A stretch of DNA of 64,000 nt from an uncultured Chitinophagales bacterium. Lineage in GTDB: Bacteria > Bacteroidota > Bacteroidia > Chitinophagales > JAHDHT01. The position numbers and the translations under genes are program-made. The notes beneath the pieces are model-generated. The model ran no database searches and was not told where the DNA came from. It saw only the letters and a list, made by a program, of their open reading frames with translations. The stretch lies in the NCBI GenBank assembly GCA_938023075.1, contig CALHDG010000130.1, positions 1,195 to 65,194 on the forward strand. The letters are read 5' to 3'. Shown one piece after another: positions 58,107 to 64,000 of the stretch; position 1 is the first letter of the stretch; every line of letters starts with the position of its first letter.

Positions 58107-59471
58107 ATGACTTATAAATTTCAAAAAATATGCCTTTTAACCCTAATAGTGGGGATGGTATTATCCTTACAATCTTGCTTAAAAGATTCTTGTGAAGCTA
58201 ATCAAATTTATTTGAGGATGGCACCTGTTTTTCTATCGGTTGATGACATAAAAAAAGATATTAAAGCAACCGAGCCCAGAGCCCTCAAAAAGCCTGGCAG
58301 ACTTTATTTTTACAACGATTTTATTTTAATTAATGAACAACGGGAAGGCATACACGTTATTGATAATACCGACAGTAGCAATCCTAAAAACATTAAGTTT
58401 ATTGAAATTGAAGGAAATGTAGATATGGCAGTAAAAAACGGTATTTTATATGCTGACAATGTAACGGACTTATTAGCTATTGACATTAGCAACCCTACTG
58501 CACCCATTTTAAGCAGCCGAACCGAAAATATTTTCGACGTAACTTTTGTAGAAGAAGAAGATGCCTACCTCGCTTATTATAAAGAGACCGAAGAAACCTT
58601 AGCTATAGATTGTACCGACCCACGTTTTGGTAGTCAGGCAATTAATGTTGGCAATGATATTTTTGTGCCACAACCGGGTTTCCCTGTAGATCCTTGGTTT
58701 GGTGAAGCTGATGATATCGATTTTGGACCTGTTGGCGCGCCCGGTGCACCGGGTGCCGGTGGAGCACCCGGACCACCAAGCCAAACTACTACAGGTAATA
58801 CAACCGGCATTGCGGGTTCTATGGCAAGTTTTGCATTGTATGATTGTTATTTATACATAATTGACGGTGCACAGGTAGATGTAATTGATGTTAAAGACAA
58901 TATCAATCCTGTTTTTGCCAATACCTTTAGAGTAAGTTGGGATATTGAAACTCTTTTTCCATATAAAGATAAACTATTTATTGGGTCGGCAGCCGGTATG
59001 TTTATATACGATAATGCCAACCCGATTGAACCTGTTTTATTAAGTAATTTTCGCCATGCCCGAGCTTGCGACCCTGTTGTAGTAAAAGACAATTATGCTT
59101 TTGTTACCTTAAGAGATGGCACTTGGTGTCAGGGTTTTAATAACCAATTAGATGTTGTTGATATAACCGACCTTGAAAACCCTCAATTGGTGGCAACTTA
59201 CCCAATGGATAATCCGCATGGTTTATCTGTAAAAAACAATGAATTGTATTTATGTGATGGAGCCAGCGGTTTAAAAGTGTTTGATATTGAAGATGTAAAA
59301 ACAATTAGTGAAAATCAATTAGACCATATAATGGGTATAGATACTTATGATGCTATTGCCTTACCCAACAAAGATGTAGTGTTGGTAATTGGTGCCGATG
59401 GTTTTTACCAGTATGATATTAGTAACCCAGCCGAATTAAAACAATTGAGCTTAATTGCTATTGCTAATTAA
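58107..59471 (+). CDS. LVIVD-repeat lipoprotein
   Basis: LQSC lipobox, GIHVIDN, GSMASF, IETLFP, RACDPVVV, YAFVTLR, LDVVDI. Confidence 0.85.
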   Translation: MTYKFQKICLLTLIVGMVLSLQSCLKDSCEANQIYLRMAPVFLSVDDIKKDIKATEPRALKKPGRLYFYNDFILINEQREGIHVIDNTDSSNPKNIKFIEIEGNVDMAVKNGILYADNVTDLLAIDISNPTAPILSSRTENIFDVTFVEEEDAYLAYYKETEETLAIDCTDPRFGSQAINVGNDIFVPQPGFPVDPWFGEADDIDFGPVGAPGAPGAGGAPGPPSQTTTGNTTGIAGSMASFALYDCYLYIIDGAQVDVIDVKDNINPVFANTFRVSWDIETLFPYKDKLFIGSAAGMFIYDNANPIEPVLLSNFRHARACDPVVVKDNYAFVTLRDGTWCQGFNNQLDVVDITDLENPQLVATYPMDNPHGLSVKNNELYLCDGASGLKVFDIEDVKTISENQLDHIMGIDTYDAIALPNKDVVLVIGADGFYQYDISNPAELKQLSLIAIAN

Positions 59472-59507
59472 ACCTTGTTTATCAATTAACATTTTAAACT
59501 AAAAACT

Positions 59508-60347
59508 ATGTTTATCAAAAAATCAATTGTTTTATGCTTGCTCCAAGTGCTTTTTTTAGCCGTTATGGCGCAGCAACTAAAAAATGAACAAACCCACACC
59601 ATTACTTTAAAAGATGGTTCAGTTTATCAAGGTGTAATTAAGCAATATGTTGAGGGAGAAAAATTAATCCTTCAATTAGGTCCTAATATCATCAAAACAA
59701 TAAAAGATAAAGACATCAAAATGCTGATTCAAGATGGAGCGGTTGCGCAAACATCCGGATCAAATCAAGTAACCTTATCTACACCGCATAAGGCATATCA
59801 ATTTCAAGAAAAAGGCTTGTATTTTGAATCAAATGCACAGCTCATGTTGGGCAGCAGTGCTTTTTTCAGTACCGCCGAAAATGGAACACGCATTAATAAA
59901 ATTGATCCGGGTATTGGTGCACAATTAATTGGTGGGTATCAAGTCAACCGGTTTATTGGCGTAGGTGCTGGTATTGGGTTAGATTATTATTATCTAAATA
60001 GTGGAGAAACCCTAATGCCTGTTTTTGCAGATGTACGCGGTTATTTATTGAAACGAAATGTGAGCCCTATGTACAAATTACAAGCCGGTTATGGTATTGC
60101 TTTTTTAGATGAAGACAGAGGTATGGAAAGTGCAACGGGCGGTATGATGTGGTATCCGGCTATTGGAGTTCGTTTAGGTGCTTCAAAATCAGCTAATTTT
60201 ATGTTAGATTTTGGAGTGAAAATTCAAAAAGCCGATTATGTTTTTAAAGCTACCAATGCTCAAACATGGTGGAATATTAGAGAACCAAGAGTAGTGAATG
60301 ATATGGTTTATAGACGATTTGTTGTTAGAACTGCCATCTTATTCTAA
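59508..60347 (+). CDS. Outer-membrane beta-barrel protein
   Basis: Signal peptide; ITLKDGSVYQGVI N-domain; GVGAGIGLD, PVFADVR strands; terminal Phe. Confidence 0.75.
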   Translation: MFIKKSIVLCLLQVLFLAVMAQQLKNEQTHTITLKDGSVYQGVIKQYVEGEKLILQLGPNIIKTIKDKDIKMLIQDGAVAQTSGSNQVTLSTPHKAYQFQEKGLYFESNAQLMLGSSAFFSTAENGTRINKIDPGIGAQLIGGYQVNRFIGVGAGIGLDYYYLNSGETLMPVFADVRGYLLKRNVSPMYKLQAGYGIAFLDEDRGMESATGGMMWYPAIGVRLGASKSANFMLDFGVKIQKADYVFKATNAQTWWNIREPRVVNDMVYRRFVVRTAILF

Positions 60348-60355
60348 TTAAGACT

Positions 60356-60781
60356 ATGCTAGAAAAATTGAGATTAAGCGGTGTATCAATCATTTTGGCA
60401 GTTGGGCTGCTACTGTGCAGTTGTGAAAAATCTGTTGAAATGGTTGATTGTGTGACAATTGAAAATGGTCTGTTAGCTTTTGATGAAACCCTTCAAAATA
60501 AAGTAGTATTGGACGAGCTTAATAAGCTTCGTATTGATTTAAAACCTGAAGTAACTGCTGATGATGCATTTGGTCATAAAGAAAATTTTAACAAACTTAT
60601 TAGCCGGTTGAATAAAAGTTGTACTAATTTTAATGTTGAATTAGTTACTTATGCAACCATCAAAACAAATCCTGTACAATCAGAAATACGAATGACTCTT
60701 TTGAAAAACAATGTACATTACATTATTGATATTCATACACCGGAAGATGATGTACTAAAAGCAGTTAACATTCATAAATAA
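60356..60781 (+). CDS. Hypothetical lipoprotein
   Basis: LLLCSC lipobox. Confidence 0.65.
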   Translation: MLEKLRLSGVSIILAVGLLLCSCEKSVEMVDCVTIENGLLAFDETLQNKVVLDELNKLRIDLKPEVTADDAFGHKENFNKLISRLNKSCTNFNVELVTYATIKTNPVQSEIRMTLLKNNVHYIIDIHTPEDDVLKAVNIHK

Positions 60782-60800
60782 ATTAGCCACAACATACAAA

Positions 60801-61613
60801 TTGAAAATTATGAGGTTTATAATTATTGTGTTGATTACTTTTTTGCTGAGCTTTACCGCTTACGGTTGTAGTTGTGGGGGACCTGAAACATTTTGTGAGA
60901 CATTAGATTTTCAACCTATAGAATATATTACAGTAAAGGCAGTAATGTTAGATGCTGTAGATCATGGGATGGATGTAAAAATAATCAGTTTGTATAATGG
61001 GGAATTGCCAATGGATACTATTAGAGTATGGGGAGATAATGGAATTTTGTGCAGAGTTTATACTGATCGATTTGAAATTAAAGATACCATCATTATGAAG
61101 CTCTATACCATAAATGAAATATTTGACGAATTTAATGGTATAGGAGAAAAGGTTGGCGATTATGAATTAAGTATTTGCGGACTACATTATTTATGGGTTA
61201 GAGATAATAAAGTATTGGGTAAGATTACCGCACAAACACAAGAAATGGAATTAGACCAATTTGAAGAGTTAATGAGCAACGAAAAACTATCTGAAGTATG
61301 TATTGAAACAAATGAAGAGGAAGAAGAAACCGATACAGAAATAGAGCAAGAAACAGACATAGTAGAAACAGATTCGTTTTATGATATATTGTTGTATCCA
61401 AATCCTGTCGGTGAAAAATTAAGCATACGTTCAAATGAAAAAATTAGTGACATTCAAATATATAATAGTTTAGGGCAAAATGTGTATAGTCAGAAAGACA
61501 TCCGCAACAATGAGTTAGGTATAAATTTCAATGAGTTTAAGCAAGGCTTGTATTTTGTAGAGCTTGTAAATAGTAGTAAAAAATTAGTAACAAAAAAAAT
61601 ATATAAAAAATAA
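60801..61613 (+). CDS. T9SS cargo protein with N-terminal CSC (TIMP/NTR-like) motif
   Basis: Signal peptide followed by CSC; C-terminal LYPNPV...IYNSLGQ...GLYFV...KKIYKK. Confidence 0.8.
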   Translation: MKIMRFIIIVLITFLLSFTAYGCSCGGPETFCETLDFQPIEYITVKAVMLDAVDHGMDVKIISLYNGELPMDTIRVWGDNGILCRVYTDRFEIKDTIIMKLYTINEIFDEFNGIGEKVGDYELSICGLHYLWVRDNKVLGKITAQTQEMELDQFEELMSNEKLSEVCIETNEEEEETDTEIEQETDIVETDSFYDILLYPNPVGEKLSIRSNEKISDIQIYNSLGQNVYSQKDIRNNELGINFNEFKQGLYFVELVNSSKKLVTKKIYKK

Positions 61614-61718
61614 AAATCGTGTTTACAACATCCACATTTATAAATAATTATAATATTATCCTATAGAACAATAAACGAAATAAAATCATTTAAAAAATAA
61701 GTAGCCTATAGGAATTTA

Positions 61719-62282
61719 ATGCAAAAAATAAAACAATATAGCGATGAGCAATTAGTTGCCGGCTGTTTACAAAACGACCGGTATTATCAAGAAAAATTGT
61801 ATAAAAAATATTTTTCTAGCATGATGCGTATGTGTTTAAAATATACTAGCGATAAAGAGATAGCGATGGACATTGTTAACAATGGTATGCTGCGTGTATT
61901 TAAAAAGATAGATAAATATTCTTTTAAAGGCTCTTTAGAAGGTTGGATGCGCAAGTTGGTTTATCATAGTTTGTCAGACTATTTTAAAAAGCACAACAAC
62001 TATGTAAACTTTATGGTGTTTCAAGAAAAAGAAGATATAACCCAAGCTGAGCCCTTAAACAATTTATATTGGGATGATTTGATTGCTATGGTTGAACGTT
62101 TGCCTGATAATACCAAGCGTGTTTTTCAACTGTATGCTATTGAAGGATATGCACATCGTGAAATTGCCACTACCTTAGCAATTAGTGAAGGTACTTCAAA
62201 GTGGCATCTATCAAACGCTAGAAAACAATTAAGAGATATGATTTATTCAAGCAATAGAACAACAGTACAGTATGCCAAGTAG
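61719..62282 (+). CDS. ECF RNA polymerase sigma factor
   Basis: GSLEGWMRK, VFQLYAIEGYAHREIA, SEGTSKWHLSNAR. Confidence 0.95.
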   Translation: MQKIKQYSDEQLVAGCLQNDRYYQEKLYKKYFSSMMRMCLKYTSDKEIAMDIVNNGMLRVFKKIDKYSFKGSLEGWMRKLVYHSLSDYFKKHNNYVNFMVFQEKEDITQAEPLNNLYWDDLIAMVERLPDNTKRVFQLYAIEGYAHREIATTLAISEGTSKWHLSNARKQLRDMIYSSNRTTVQYAK

Positions 62283-63921
62283 TTTTAATAAATATGATAT
62301 GGATGATCAGTTTACAGAAAAAGCATGGAAAGATATGCAAGGTAGGCTGGACAAGGCATTACCCGTAAAAAAACCATTTTTTTTAACCCGCTGGTTAAGT
62401 CTGGCTGCTTTATTTTGTGTGCTTGGTGTTGGAGCTTATTGGTTGGTCAATCAACACAACATAAAAAACTTCACTAATAGCAAAACGATTACCAAAAATG
62501 AATTAGACTATACGCTAAATAGAGAAGCTAATGCTTCTAATATTGTTTCTAAAGTAAATGAGGAGATGAATCCTAAAGCTAAAAAAGATCAAATCTCAAC
62601 TATCCTTAAAAATGACCAAGCCAATCTTTCAAACACTGCAGCATCTAAAAACTCAACAAGCCCAACTGAATTCGTTCAACAAACATCTAACAATAAAGAA
62701 AAACAATTAGCTAAGGTATTGACCAAAAATATCGACAAGAAAAACTCAAATAGTATTGTTAGGGCAAACATTAATACCTCTAAAAATCAGAAAACATCTA
62801 ACAAAATACCATTAACAAACACTAGTAATAATTTATCTAATTTAACCTCAAGCACAAAAAAAACAGACAATACTTCTAATCTTACAAATATAGTTAAATA
62901 CAAAAAACAAGTTGACCAAACGAACGAGCCAACACTTTACCCAAGCAATAAAATTATTGTAACCAAACAATTAGAGACCAACGAAATTTTTACGGAAGCA
63001 CCAACACCCAACTTTAAAACAGTTCAAAATTTAGCAACTATAAATAAATATTTAGACAACACCCCAAACACCCCAAACACCCCAAACACCCCAAACACCC
63101 AAAAATGGATAGAAGATGCACTAACAATAAATCAATCAAGTACCGGTTTGTGGAAGAATCAAGAGTTAATTACACAAAAAAACGAAGATGAATGGTTGCA
63201 TCCCAAAACTGTACATTATGGTATTAAACAAGGACTTTCATCTGATTTAACTTCTGAATCTAAAATTTTTGCCGGTGCTTTGGTTGATTTTAATTTGAGT
63301 AAACGTTGGTTTATTGAGCTGGTTCCAACCTATCAATTTGGTGCTATTAATAAAAAAGTTAAGGTGCAATACGATGTTGAAGTTCCAATTGAGGATTTTA
63401 GAGACAATACAGAAGACGCCGGTTTAGGTGGTGATTCTCCTTCAATGCCTCAAGGTTCTCCCGCCGAAAATCCTATTAATGTAGTATCTGTTTACGAGGA
63501 ATCAAGGGATACTACTTCGGGTAGCCTAAAAGCCAATAATCACTATGCAGCAGCAGACCTACTGCTCGGTTACCGGTTGTCTCCAAGAGTTGAAACATTA
63601 TTTGGCTTCTCTGTATCACGTCGATTTAATAAACGTGATGAGCATACCGATATTACCGATAAGATAAAGCAAAATGAATTTAATATTTTAACCGATTTAG
63701 ATTCATTATCTTATAATAATTGGAACCTTACACCCAAAATTGCCTTCCGTTTCGCTTTAAAACCTAAATTAAGTATTGAAACTTTTTATGCCCATCATTT
63801 AATACCTATTGTAAAAAAAGAATTTCAAGTCGAAAACAATGCTTTCAGTTCTGCTGACTCTAACTTTAATAACCATTTTTCTGGAAATTTTGGTTTAGCT
63901 TTCGTATACCGGTTTAAATAA
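62272..63921 (+). CDS. Putative trans-envelope anti-sigma factor (TM, long N/T/S/K-rich linker, beta-barrel)
   Basis: AWKDMQGRLDKALP, TM helix, low-complexity linker, C-terminal GLAFVYRFK; overlaps the sigma stop. Confidence 0.7.
   Translation: MPSSFNKYDMDDQFTEKAWKDMQGRLDKALPVKKPFFLTRWLSLAALFCVLGVGAYWLVNQHNIKNFTNSKTITKNELDYTLNREANASNIVSKVNEEMNPKAKKDQISTILKNDQANLSNTAASKNSTSPTEFVQQTSNNKEKQLAKVLTKNIDKKNSNSIVRANINTSKNQKTSNKIPLTNTSNNLSNLTSSTKKTDNTSNLTNIVKYKKQVDQTNEPTLYPSNKIIVTKQLETNEIFTEAPTPNFKTVQNLATINKYLDNTPNTPNTPNTPNTQKWIEDALTINQSSTGLWKNQELITQKNEDEWLHPKTVHYGIKQGLSSDLTSESKIFAGALVDFNLSKRWFIELVPTYQFGAINKKVKVQYDVEVPIEDFRDNTEDAGLGGDSPSMPQGSPAENPINVVSVYEESRDTTSGSLKANNHYAAADLLLGYRLSPRVETLFGFSVSRRFNKRDEHTDITDKIKQNEFNILTDLDSLSYNNWNLTPKIAFRFALKPKLSIETFYAHHLIPIVKKEFQVENNAFSSADSNFNNHFSGNFGLAFVYRFK
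63058..63102 (+). repeat. 9-bp in-frame tandem repeat (AACACCCCA x4 plus a variant)
   Basis: Encodes NTPNTPNTPNTPNTQ. Confidence 0.9.
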
Positions 63922-64000
63922 ATTGTCAAAACATAGAAGAGACAAAAGCTATTCTAAAAACCTATCCATACTTACAATTTTGAGCAGATACTTCAATTCA

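Overview
A 64-kb chromosomal window from an AT-rich Bacteroidota bacterium. The assignment rests on the gldD/gldE-ssb-mutY-HU-rne synteny, T9SS cargo proteins and TAnnTTTG promoters; the gene content suggests Saprospiraceae/Chitinophagales. Most of it is housekeeping: cysK/CBS, mutY, rne, truA, moaA, ilvE, rdgB, dapF, pbpC, fadD, queG and tRNA-Val(GAC). The accessory content is: (i) an AT-rich, translationally coupled two-gene cassette of a divergent stand-alone B3/B4 (PheRS-editing-like) protein and an EAD-like + DUF6879-like + SAM-methyltransferase fusion, the best candidate for an undescribed system; (ii) an Mrr-type nuclease + RloB/TOPRIM-like pair next to gldD; (iii) the 3' part of a giant, almost Lys/Arg-free, Cys-rich repeat protein ending in an IPTL-CTERM-type signal; (iv) two ECF sigma / trans-envelope anti-sigma-beta-barrel pairs; (v) a tail-less second SSB divergent from a Zn-ribbon gene across a repeated-motif operator; (vi) at least three families of small non-coding palindromic elements, one of which splits a small membrane-protein gene; (vii) several gene relics (AbiEii-type toxin stub, Rpn-like stub, macrodomain, frameshifted Uma2). 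No CRISPR array, rRNA, intact transposase or prophage was seen. All family assignments come from motif recognition by eye, not from database searches.
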